Source: Lobosporangium transversale
Taxonomy: Eukaryota
Length of the DNA stretch: 64,000 nucleotides
Assembly: GCF_002105155.1 (NCBI RefSeq)
Contig: NW_019029019.1
Location: forward strand, 124,001-188,000
Direction: 5' to 3'
Shown here: positions 51,333-61,200 of the stretch, one piece after another
How positions within the stretch are numbered: position 1 is the stretch's first letter
Layout of the letters: each line of letters opens with the position of its first letter
The notes under the pieces: model-generated
Seen by the model: only the letters and a program-made list of their open reading frames with translations
Databases searched by the model: none
What the model was told of the DNA's origin: nothing
Program-made: the position numbers and the translations under genes

Positions 51333-54300
51333 ATCAGGCGAATAAGCTATCTCTATGATCTCCTTAGTGTGCCCTATAAGCGTATACAAAGCAACTCCCG
51401 TTTCCATATCCACTACACCAATTTGTCTATCCCCACAGGCACCAGCCATCCGTTGGCTACATGGTGATAATAATCCTATACTCATATAGTCTCTAGTTGT
51501 GTAACAAAGCTCACCCGTTTCTGCGTCCCGTACTTGCAGCTCATATGAGAGAAAGCCGTGATGAACCACTATTCTGCGACCATCAGGCGTGTATTTGATA
51601 AAATCACAGAGGCCTTCTCCACCCGTTACTTCATAACGAAGGTCACCTGAATGAACTGCCCAGACCCTAAGACGATTATATACAATATAATAATCATATG
51701 AAGCAATATGGCGGCCATCAGGTGAGAATGCTACACCCCTTACAGCAGCATCATTGTTGCCCTGTAGAGTACGAATGAGCTCTCCTGTTTGTGTGTTCCA
51801 TATAGCCACATCTCCACTGTGATGGCCACAGGCAATTTGATGGTCAATGGGTGAGAAATCAAAGGTGTAGATCGTATCGTATTGTCTGTCCTGCAGCTCC
51901 AAGGTATGAGCGACTTGGCCTGTTCGAGCATCCCAAAGGTAGACACGTGGAGATTCATGGCAAGAAGCAAGCAACTGGCCATCAGGTGAATACTTGATGT
52001 CGGATGTGTCTCTACCGAGGCTTTGTAAAACATGGATGCACTCTCCTGTCCTTGCATCCCACATACGCACTGTCCTATCACCACTGCGCGAAGCTACCTG
52101 CTGCCCATCTGGCGAACTCCTAACACCATAGATCTGCGCTGAATGGCCATGTGAGTCATGATCAGATTGCTGTGCTCGAGTATCCCAAAGGCGTATTGTT
52201 CCATCTTTACCGAAGGATGCAAGTTGATGGTCGTTTGGTGAGTAAGCCACACAAGATATAATATGATAGTGGCCATAAAAGGTATTCATGAGTTGCCCTG
52301 ATCTTGTGTCCCAAAGCCGGACTGTGTGGTCATAAGCGCAAGTGGCTATCTGTTCTCCATTTGGTGAGTATTTTAGGTCTGAGATATAATCGGAATGTCC
52401 TTCAAGGGTATGGATGAGCTTTCCTGTTTGCATATTCCATAGGTATATCATCCTCTCGTCAAATGAAGCAGCGAGCTCTCCACTAGGAGGATACTGAATG
52501 CCTCTGACCGTATAATTATGCCCTAACTCGTACTTTTCTTGACCAGATCCAACATCCCACACATGCATAGAAGAAGCACAGTAATGGCGAAATATTATTT
52601 CCTGGCTATTAGGTGAATACACAATTTGCTCAACGTGATATCCATAGCTCAACTGCATCAGCTGCTGTCCTGACATCGCATCCCACAACCGTACTTTCCC
52701 AAAAAGACTGCCGGTTGCAATTCGGAGTCCATCAGGGGAGTATGCCACACTGGTCGCCCGGTCTGTATGGTCCTCTAGCTCGTATTTGAATATCCCTGCT
52801 TGGGTGTCCCACACTCGCACTGACCCATCTTCGCTAGCTGAGACAAGGTCGTTTCCGCTTGGCGAGTACACTGCACAGTTAACTGCTTTTGTATGACCCT
52901 CCAATCGGTGAACCAACACCCATGAGGTTGCATTCCAAATTGAAACTGCAGTTTGGGAAGAGCTCCAGCTGACGATATATTGACTGTCTGGCGAGTATAT
53001 AAACCCCTCACCAATCTCATTGCCCTCCAGAGTCGAAAGGATCCCCCATGTTGATGTATCATAGACAACAATTGAATATTTATCAGAGTCATCTTTGATA
53101 ACAGCTGCGAGTGTCTCGCCATCAGGCGAGTATGACCCTTGCAATGCCTCGCCACCAACTCCGAGAAGCGGCCATTCTCCAAACTGTACGCCCGCCATCT
53201 TTGCTCCACTTAGATCTACTTCACGAAGCCAACACTTCCGTAAGTTGACCTTCCTCAGATCTGCTCCTTGTAGCTGAGCATACTCAAATATACCATGGCT
53301 GAGATTTGCTCCTGGGATCTGGATGCCTCGCAAGTCTGCTTCGATGAATGACTCGCCTGCTTGGACCAAGATTGTCATCGCATTGGCTGCTGCTACCCGC
53401 CACTTGCTATCGCTCTTCGAGAGCTCCACATATGTGTACAGCTGCTGTTTAAACACCGATTCGAGGCGGACACGGTCCTCTAAGAATTGAAGGATAGATG
53501 GTTCACCCACAAAGCTTCTCCATACTAAAGGTGACGCCTCATCAACTTCCACTTCTTCCAATTCTTGCTCGTCCTCCTTAATATCTATGGCTTCGAAACT
53601 AAACACTGAACTGATGCTCTGCCGACGAGAACCTGCTGTTGTCGCCTTTGCTACTTCATCGATCGCAGGAGCACTCATTACTTTCTGAGGCTCAAAGATC
53701 GCTCGTACTAGACTGTATTCCAGGAGCGAGCGATGCATAAACCGGTGCTGGTTGCCTGTACGAGTAAGTGGTGAAGCCTCCCGTAGAAGGTTCCTTCCAT
53801 GCTCTTTGCTGAAGTACGCTTCTTTCCATGTATCCTTATCCTTGGATGGTGAGTAGTCAACTACTGGGTTGCCATCTTGATGTTTGTAGATTGCTATGGC
53901 TAACTCGGTCAGATATCTGATCCCATTCTGTGCAAACCCTTCATCTAATAGCTTGTGGTACATCCTTCTGTCTTCCAGTCCTAATGCATCGCTTAGTCGC
54001 TTCTTGCCTCGCTCAAGCCACTGCTCAACGAACTGGTCATACAGTGTGACGCGTTTGATCTTGGTGTTGGAGCCTCCTTGATCTGGATCCACCATTCGTG
54101 GGAGCACTTCTAGTGACATCGATAGAATGAATGGGTTCTTCACAAGGCCATGTAGACTAGGGATCTGTTTGAGCGCACGTTGGTAGTCCTCCACATGCCA
54201 CAGTGGATCCATGGCATCGACATATTGTTCGATATAGTCATCGATCTGAGTCTCAGAGAATGGCATGATCACAGCCTCTTCAAACAATCCATCGTCTGCT

Positions 54301-56855
54301 TGATGATTGCGGTCCATAGGTTGGAACCGATCTCGATAGTCTAATCCAAGGTATTCGCTGCGGCAGCTAATCACCATTTGAGCTCTCCACTCTCCAGACT
54401 TATTCAGCTGGTTGGCGACATAGAGGTTGCTGGTCTGCATGCTCTCATCATATCCATCACAGATCAGGATGAATGATCGACTCTTCTTCAACTCCTTGAT
54501 CTGTGAGTCTGTAAAATCGTAGTGTCGCAGCTGCTTTGCTACAAGATCCTCCTCTGGCTTGTCGATGGCTGGGAGATTGATAAACAATGGAATCCGACCG
54601 TGTCTATTTTGATATGTCTCCCAGAGTGTGCGTTCCAGAGTGCGATTGAATGTAGACTTGCCTGCTCCTGAATCACCTTGGACAAGTAACACTTTCTGGT
54701 CGCTATCCAAGAACTCTTTCACCTTATCCATCAGCAAGAACAGCTTGTCATCGCTTGCTTGAGGACTTGCTTTGGCATACTGTTGGATGTAGAATCCTTG
54801 GTTGTTTCCAACCTCCATCCGCTGTCTCTTTAGTTGCCGTAGACTGTCCTCAACATTAGGCCTATTTTGTGCACGGTTAAGCAAGCGTGAAGATGTAGGT
54901 GGAGGATGTGTGATGATGAAGGGATGCTGAGCCATTGGCTCTTGAAGACAATTCCTATATAGCTCTTGTTTCTTAAGGTCTCCATATTTCTCTAGTTCAT
55001 CCAAGAGAGTATCTGCAGCTGAAAAGAGAAGGAATAATGGTATGTGTATGGAGTGAGTAGATAAATCATCATACACTGAGCATCGCCAACATCCAAGCAT
55101 ATTCACAAAAAAAGATAAAAAATATGCACCTTGTAGACCTTCCGGCGGTAAAGAGGATAGCTCTCTAAGGATACTTATGATCCACTGCTTGATATGTGTA
55201 TGATTACCCCACTCTTGGTCATTCTTGTACATCTCACCTAGGAGTGTGATGGCATCCTTTCGAGTATCCATGGTCCATTGTGTATCAGCTGCAATCTGTC
55301 CCAGCCTCTGACATAGTCCCCATTGGAATGCTGCATCATTTCGACAAGATGCTTCACACACAAGATCCTTGAACTTGGTGAACTCGCCTCTTTGAATTAG
55401 TTCATCAGCTCCACGCAATGCTGGGTACCATGCTGACTTGTGACTGAAGCTAAGCCCTTCTTCCATACACTGTCTGAATGTCGATCCACTCTCATATAGT
55501 GAGGTTACACTGGTATATACATTCAGACTCATATCAATGGCACCTGTTACAGGAGGAAGCCCTTCCTGAATGTTGCTTATCTCATCCATGAAGGCATTCA
55601 GATCTAAGCCTTTAACAGCACTCACTACTCCAAACACTCCTCGAAGCACTGTTGATGTCCGTCGAAGCATGGCTTGTACTGTTGACTCGTCGTCAGGTAT
55701 ATATTGCAAGGCTTGGAAGGCATAAGCAGCTTGGTAGACTAGTTGAGGATCTGAGCTGGCTTTCAGTTCCTGAAGGAATGCTGAAAGTGGTCCATGGAGT
55801 TGTTCTCGCTTTAAACCTTTGACTTGGTTGTTGACCATGGCATCGAGAACATGTGAGACTGTAGTGGACAGACGATAGAGATGGTCGGAAGATTGTCTAT
55901 GAGTGCTTTGTAAGCGGGAGCTAAGAGTGTTGAGGATTGAGACAAGGTCATCCGAATCGAGATATCCAGGAGGGGCATGTTGGATCAATTGAGCCAATCC
56001 TTCAAGCAAATGAGTCTCCAACGTGATGTTCTGGTTGATTCCGTTGACCAAAGTCATGAGTAGTGTCCTAAACTGAGCCTGATCGAGGACCGGAGCCAGG
56101 GTCGCAACCTCCATGACAGTCGCTTCGACCTTGATTTCGTCACTAATGAACATCTCGATCACATCCGATACCAGTTTTCGCAGTCGATCACATTCATCTT
56201 GATCGTTCAGCATACTCTGGCACCACTCTTTTTCACGGTCATCAAGATCATTTGTTGGTATATGAGCATTAGAAAGCAAACTGAGACAGTACACGAGCTG
56301 GTGGATGCCGTTCAAGTGAGAACCAGCATCTGGTAAGCTGTACCTGATGGCTGTTGGAGGTTCATCATGGTTAAAAACATCCTTTGAAATAGTTGCAATG
56401 GCCTGCACTGTTTTAACTGTTCTAATTAACTTGCTGCTGATAGGTCCGCTGTTTTCTTGTTTGTTGCTGTTGTTGTTGCTGTTATTGCTATCATTGCTGC
56501 TGCTCCCTTGGATATATCCCCATTTTTCAGCTTTCTTGCCACGCCTTTGAGCGACATCTGAGTGACCTAGCTGTTCAAATAAACGGGAAAGCTCATGATA
56601 GGCCGAGGCTATGCCTTTGCGTAACATTAGGTCTTCATTGGAAGCTGAAGAGGTTAAAGATACTGAGGCAAGTGACTTTCTGTTGGACTTGTGGATTCGA
56701 GACAGCACAGAGTCAGCATCGAGACATAGCTCCATCACTATGTCGCTGCTCTCGTTGTCTATAGAGCGAGAACCCTTTATGTAGAAATCAAAGAGCTTCA
56801 AGGCTTGTGCTGGCAAGAGTGCACTTCGTGGTGGAGTATCTGTATTGCCAAACAT
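50706..56855 (-). CDS. NLR-like protein: helical/Arm-like N-terminus, NACHT NTPase, pentapeptide repeats, C-terminal WD40 array
   Basis: Walker A VQGDSGAGKS, Walker B LICDGYDE, VISCRSEYL, NPFIL and FMHRSLLEY. Pentapeptides ADLRG/ANLSH/AQLQG/ADLRK. More than 12 GH..YSPDG..S.D.TVRLWD repeats. Probable 111 nt intron at 55019-55129. Confidence 0.93.
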   Translation of the reverse strand: MFGNTDTPPRSALLPAQALKLFDFYIKGSRSIDNESSDIVMELCLDADSVLSRIHKSNRKSLASVSLTSSASNEDLMLRKGIASAYHELSRLFEQLGHSDVAQRRGKKAEKWGYIQGSSSNDSNNSNNNSNKQENSGPISSKLIRTVKTVQAIATISKDVFNHDEPPTAIRYSLPDAGSHLNGIHQLVYCLSLLSNAHIPTNDLDDREKEWCQSMLNDQDECDRLRKLVSDVIEMFISDEIKVEATVMEVATLAPVLDQAQFRTLLMTLVNGINQNITLETHLLEGLAQLIQHAPPGYLDSDDLVSILNTLSSRLQSTHRQSSDHLYRLSTTVSHVLDAMVNNQVKGLKREQLHGPLSAFLQELKASSDPQLVYQAAYAFQALQYIPDDESTVQAMLRRTSTVLRGVFGVVSAVKGLDLNAFMDEISNIQEGLPPVTGAIDMSLNVYTSVTSLYESGSTFRQCMEEGLSFSHKSAWYPALRGADELIQRGEFTKFKDLVCEASCRNDAAFQWGLCQRLGQIAADTQWTMDTRKDAITLLGEMYKNDQEWGNHTHIKQWIISILRELSSLPPEGLQGAYFLSFFVNMLGCWRCSVYDDLSTHSIHIPLFLLFSAADTLLDELEKYGDLKKQELYRNCLQEPMAQHPFIITHPPPTSSRLLNRAQNRPNVEDSLRQLKRQRMEVGNNQGFYIQQYAKASPQASDDKLFLLMDKVKEFLDSDQKVLLVQGDSGAGKSTFNRTLERTLWETYQNRHGRIPLFINLPAIDKPEEDLVAKQLRHYDFTDSQIKELKKSRSFILICDGYDESMQTSNLYVANQLNKSGEWRAQMVISCRSEYLGLDYRDRFQPMDRNHQADDGLFEEAVIMPFSETQIDDYIEQYVDAMDPLWHVEDYQRALKQIPSLHGLVKNPFILSMSLEVLPRMVDPDQGGSNTKIKRVTLYDQFVEQWLERGKKRLSDALGLEDRRMYHKLLDEGFAQNGIRYLTELAIAIYKHQDGNPVVDYSPSKDKDTWKEAYFSKEHGRNLLREASPLTRTGNQHRFMHRSLLEYSLVRAIFEPQKVMSAPAIDEVAKATTAGSRRQSISSVFSFEAIDIKEDEQELEEVEVDEASPLVWRSFVGEPSILQFLEDRVRLESVFKQQLYTYVELSKSDSKWRVAAANAMTILVQAGESFIEADLRGIQIPGANLSHGIFEYAQLQGADLRKVNLRKCWLREVDLSGAKMAGVQFGEWPLLGVGGEALQGSYSPDGETLAAVIKDDSDKYSIVVYDTSTWGILSTLEGNEIGEGFIYSPDSQYIVSWSSSQTAVSIWNATSWVLVHRLEGHTKAVNCAVYSPSGNDLVSASEDGSVRVWDTQAGIFKYELEDHTDRATSVAYSPDGLRIATGSLFGKVRLWDAMSGQQLMQLSYGYHVEQIVYSPNSQEIIFRHYCASSMHVWDVGSGQEKYELGHNYTVRGIQYPPSGELAASFDERMIYLWNMQTGKLIHTLEGHSDYISDLKYSPNGEQIATCAYDHTVRLWDTRSGQLMNTFYGHYHIISCVAYSPNDHQLASFGKDGTIRLWDTRAQQSDHDSHGHSAQIYGVRSSPDGQQVASRSGDRTVRMWDARTGECIHVLQSLGRDTSDIKYSPDGQLLASCHESPRVYLWDARTGQVAHTLELQDRQYDTIYTFDFSPIDHQIACGHHSGDVAIWNTQTGELIRTLQGNNDAAVRGVAFSPDGRHIASYDYYIVYNRLRVWAVHSGDLRYEVTGGEGLCDFIKYTPDGRRIVVHHGFLSYELQVRDAETGELCYTTRDYMSIGLLSPCSQRMAGACGDRQIGVVDMETGVALYTLIGHTKEIIEIAYSPDGKYIASSSEDMTVRVWDAETGECLIVILSEGGHDATLAWNTFEEGCFLVTGSVNASVRMWQIVKEGDQYQYRLKWCTKQTVLNADNMCIQDVVGLSAVNRELLMQRGAIKEQSHPLAVCEASKQTVAASPMAYKSKAASSQADDHQSLSVETSLETSLETSLETEALRGGTLWTTMTAASQSINDYRFKYSMCSECRFAHVISCRPRD

Positions 56856-57237
56856 GGACTATTGCTCTTCTTTTTTTTATTTATTTCTGTTTGATTGTAA
56901 TCTATTCATTTCAAAGAAAAATGTGATTTTTGCTTGAAAGCATGTGTTTAGTAGTGAGCTTTGTAAGTGAATAAACGTCTTTTGTAAGTTCCAAGGAGGA
57001 GGTGGAAGCATGTCTCTTACTCAAGAATTCGACGTTTTTTTTTTTTAAAAAAAACAGTGGGGGTTGTGTGACGTTGTATGTGGCGAAGTGATGGAGAAAG
57101 AATAGAAAGAAAAGAGAGAAGAAAGTAAGCATGCATGCATACAAGTGGGCATTATAAAATGCGGGTCCAATTCGCTTTGTTTTCCCCCTTAAGAGGTATC
57201 CTTCAAGGGCATGGGGGTATATTCTAATGTCTGTCTA

Positions 57238-57639
57238 GTTTATATTCTTGCGAACAGTTGCGTGCATATCCCTGTCACGTTTATTTTCCTGCTCCCATCT
57301 CTACGCGACGCGAAATTACTTTATTTTTATCACAACAAACAAGCATGAATGGTTAGCTCAGATAGCCGTGATCTGCATTGCTTAGGAACAATTGTTCCTA
57401 TTCTCTTTCCTTTCTTTTTTTCTCTTTTTTCTACGTCCATGAGAGCACATGCGTGTATGGACGGCATGCCCGCGTCGATTGTATGCATGCTTATCTTTTT
57501 TTTTTATTATTTTTTATTTTTTATTTTTTATTTTTTTTTTGGAAACAAAAGGCATTTTATTACTCTGCTGATAAGCAGCAAAGACTATAGAAGACGACCG
57601 TGAATAATTCTCGAATATGTGATATACCGGAGCTGTACC
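57238..57639 (-). repeat. Right copy of the outer inverted repeat, ~380-780 bp upstream of the NACHT-WD40 start codon
   Basis: Reverse-complement match to 32152-32548. Confidence 0.9.
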
Positions 57640-58222
57640 TAAAAGAGTACAATTTGGGCCAGACCATCTCCGCGAGGCCTGCTCAGGACGACAATTGAGA
57701 GTTTTTTTTAATAATAATAAATAAAATCTACCTCAGAAGATGGCTAACAGACTGTCCTTAATAGCCTAGGTTATTAACTGGTCGGTTCTAAATGTATCCT
57801 CGAATAAGTGAAATTCTGATAGTTAAATCCGTTGCGCAATGCTGGAATGTTTGTGTAGGATAAAGGCACATTTGTTAAGGGTAGCCGCCCCTATTATGTA
57901 TCTATCAATGAGCCATCACGAAGCACAAGAGGATGGTAGAAGCGATCTTGACGAGATGGATCACGATAAATTATGGAATGAGAAAGCATGATGCATGCTC
58001 CAATTCTTTTTCGACTTAAAAACTAGCATGGAGGCTGTCATGAAAAAGGGAGGCATCGCACATAAGCCACTCAGACAAGCGACAAAAAACCTAATGGCAT
58101 CTCTTGTGTTCTAACTGACAATTATCCACTTGGTGAGAAACCACATCATTATACAACTCTTGATCCCCTCGTCATTCGCCTAAAGAAAGACGCAGAACGA
58201 GCAGCTGCATAGAACTGACACA

Positions 58223-61200
58223 ATGCCCGCAATGGAGACTCCTCAAAGCCATGAAGATCAGCAGCAGCAATCACAATCGCAGACGCAGAATGCTTCTCAA
58301 GGCCAGGGATCAAGTGGAGCTCATGCTGTGGTATACCGACCCACTGTCAAAGACATGCAGAATGACTCGGTTGCAACATTGGCCGAGGCATGGAACAAAT
58401 CAGACGAACTAGCGGAATACGATGCACAACTCATTGAACGCGTTTATCAGGAAGAGCTAGTCGGGACTCAATTTAGCATCACAAAACTGACTTTACTCGA
58501 AATCAGTCAGTATTTAGAGAAGGTAGGCATATTTCATACAGGACAATGACTATATAGATAATAATGATGTCTAGATGAAGAGGGAAAAAAAACCCCCCGA
58601 AGGTCTTCCAGATATCTAATCTCAATAAGATGGCATCATTCAAAAAATAAACCTCTTCACAAACGATGCTCCATAGTATTTGTGGCGCCATTATGATCCG
58701 GATCAATCTTCTACTGTACATGTTCTTTCCATCGTTCTGATGGTTAACGAAAAGTTTAGAAGCAGAGTCGAGGCATGGGGTAAGCGCCTGTAATCCATAT
58801 TTAAGGTAGAAGCTTGACTCTCTGTATCCGGTAATTCGATCACTTATATATGTATATATGTATATGTGTTGTAGGTACATTCAATGAGTCACCAGAGCAC
58901 TTTTCAGCGTTTTTCGAGGAGGTGCTAAAGCTCTGTCTACAGGATTCAGAGGAGGTCGATCTTAGGATGAGGCGTTACCTACTGATCTTTATGATCAATT
59001 GCTTTCAGAGTCTAGAAAACCCTCTTATCAGATCGGAATGTATGAGGTATGGTGATGACTTCCTTAATGACTACAAAGAGATTATACTTGTTGTTCAATT
59101 ACACCATATTTTATCAGACTTCTGATGAAGAAGCTGTGTTATAATTTCCCGTTATCAATGCATATAGATTGGTGTCCCTCTCATCATGGCATTGCCTAGT
59201 CTCTTCTACTAAAAGAGAGCTTGAATTCAAAGAGTATCCGCAACTTCTCAAATTTTGGAAGCACTTGGAAAAGAAGTTTGACGCCATGGGTATGAATAGA
59301 CATTATATGGGATCCTTGTGATGTTCAGGATGAATCAATGGTTTCATGGAAGAATACAGATTGAGCAAAAGTATTTATATTTGTATATTTCTTTTATAGA
59401 TTCGGAGCAGCAGAAAAAGGCCGTTTTTGAGCGGACTTGGCTTAGTGAGATGATGAAGTATTTTATTAGAACTCTGGAATCTATTGAAGGAGGAGATCAA
59501 GGTACCTTTTTTATAATAATTTTGACGAGCCCCGAAAGTAAATATTGACGTGGTGCTTGAATACTGACTATTCTTTATTATCTATATTAGAAAAAATTAT
59601 TTATTGCGAGAGATTCATGGAGTTCTTAATTGATCTGGAAGCGCAATTGCCAACGAGACGTTACTTCAACACCCTCATCGACGATCATCAGATTGTGGCT
59701 ATATGTAAACTTTCGAAGCTTGCTAGGGATAACGTTAATGGGACACTTTTCTCGCAACTCTTGGATATTCTTGCCTTTTACGTCGGTTTTGAAATCAACA
59801 GCCATACCGGATTGGCATTAACTAGAGAAGAGATGACAGAGGTTCATGCCTCAAAGCTCTCAAAACTACAGGTAAGAAATGTTTCATTAACTATTGCTTT
59901 TTCCACATTTTTTTTTTTTTTTTTTATAGAGTTGAAGCACATTGATTGAATGATTTATTTGCTATGCCTCTGTGTAGCGTATTGCATTTTTACACTTTAA
60001 AGATGAACTCATCGATTTGGCAATGACCAATCTACGTGCAATCGAGGATCGAGCTTCACTCTCAACACACTTTGAAAAACTTACTCAGGAGCAACTTGTC
60101 CAGCTCTGTCAATTATTGGACATCCGGACAGTTAGCGTCACGGATTCTTCTAAAGAGCATTCAAGACACATGTTGATGGAGCTGCTGCTTCTTCAGTTTG
60201 AGAAACGCCATAGCCAAATTGAGCGGATCAACGCTTTGCCGCTCTATCCAGACGAGAATGCATTGTTTGAAGATGCAGCAGTAAAAGAGGAGATGTACAA
60301 CACAGATCGCCCATTGGCTTTACCCAAACTCAATCTCCAGTTCTTGACGTTACACGACTATCTTCTCCGAAACTTCAACTTGTTCCGACTTGAAAGCAGT
60401 TACGAAATTCGGCAAGACATAGAAGATGCTGTGATGAGACTTGCTCCAAGAGCCGGTCCTGATGGAGCAACAGTATTCACTGGGTGGTCCAGAGTCGCAG
60501 CTCCGATTAGTTACTTCAAGTAAGTTTATGTGCATATGTGTAATGAGGTATTTAAGGATCCACCTCATATATTTTTTTTTCTTTATTTCTTTATTTCTTT
60601 CTTTCTTATTTACTTTACCTTATTGTTTGCTTTTGCAGAATGGTGGAGCTCGCGAAGCCAAATCTAGGCGAAGATCGCTTATCTTTGATCACTGCAGACG
60701 TCACTTTCAATGTAAGAAAATACACAAATGCTATCCAGGCGGAATGGGAAGCAATCCGTGAACACGATATCCTGTTTCTGCTAACTATTGAGGCGCATGA
60801 CGATATTGATGAGCAATGGGATGGCAACAAGGTCTCTTTTCGCAAACATTATGGTCTCAAGTATGTCCGTGGATGTGAGGTAGTGAGTGTGATTGGACCA
60901 AATGGCCGGCCTTTTGATTACAAGACGAGTGACCCTCAACTGATTCAGGATCATCGTACGGGCAACACAAGAACCTTCCGAGTCGCATTGGATGCCAATC
61001 AATACAAGATTGATCAAGAGAATACAAAGAAGAATGGCAGTCCTGATGTATATCAAACTTTTAACATTGTACTCCGCAGAAAACCTCAGGAGAACAACTT
61101 TAAACCAGTGTTGGAGTCGATCCGTGATTTGATGCAGAGTGAACTCATAGTTCCCGATTGGCTTCACGATGTGTTTTTGGGATATGGAAACCCTAACAGC

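Noticed and set aside
51200..53150. High-internal-conservation WD40 array as in het-e/het-d
   Set aside because: The repeats are clearly diverged from each other, with no near-identical 126 bp units.
56440..56525. N/S-rich segment (GYIQGSSSNDSNNSNNNSNKQ) as an amyloid signalling motif
   Set aside because: It is internal, encoded by microsatellite-like DNA that differs in the paralog, and does not match HET-s, sigma or PP/RHIM patterns that I can recognise.
32140..57650. Starship or other giant transposon with defined ends
   Set aside because: No tyrosine-recombinase captain, intact transposase or target-site duplication was seen. The outer repeat is also explained as a duplicated NLR upstream region, so this is kept only as an alternative hypothesis.
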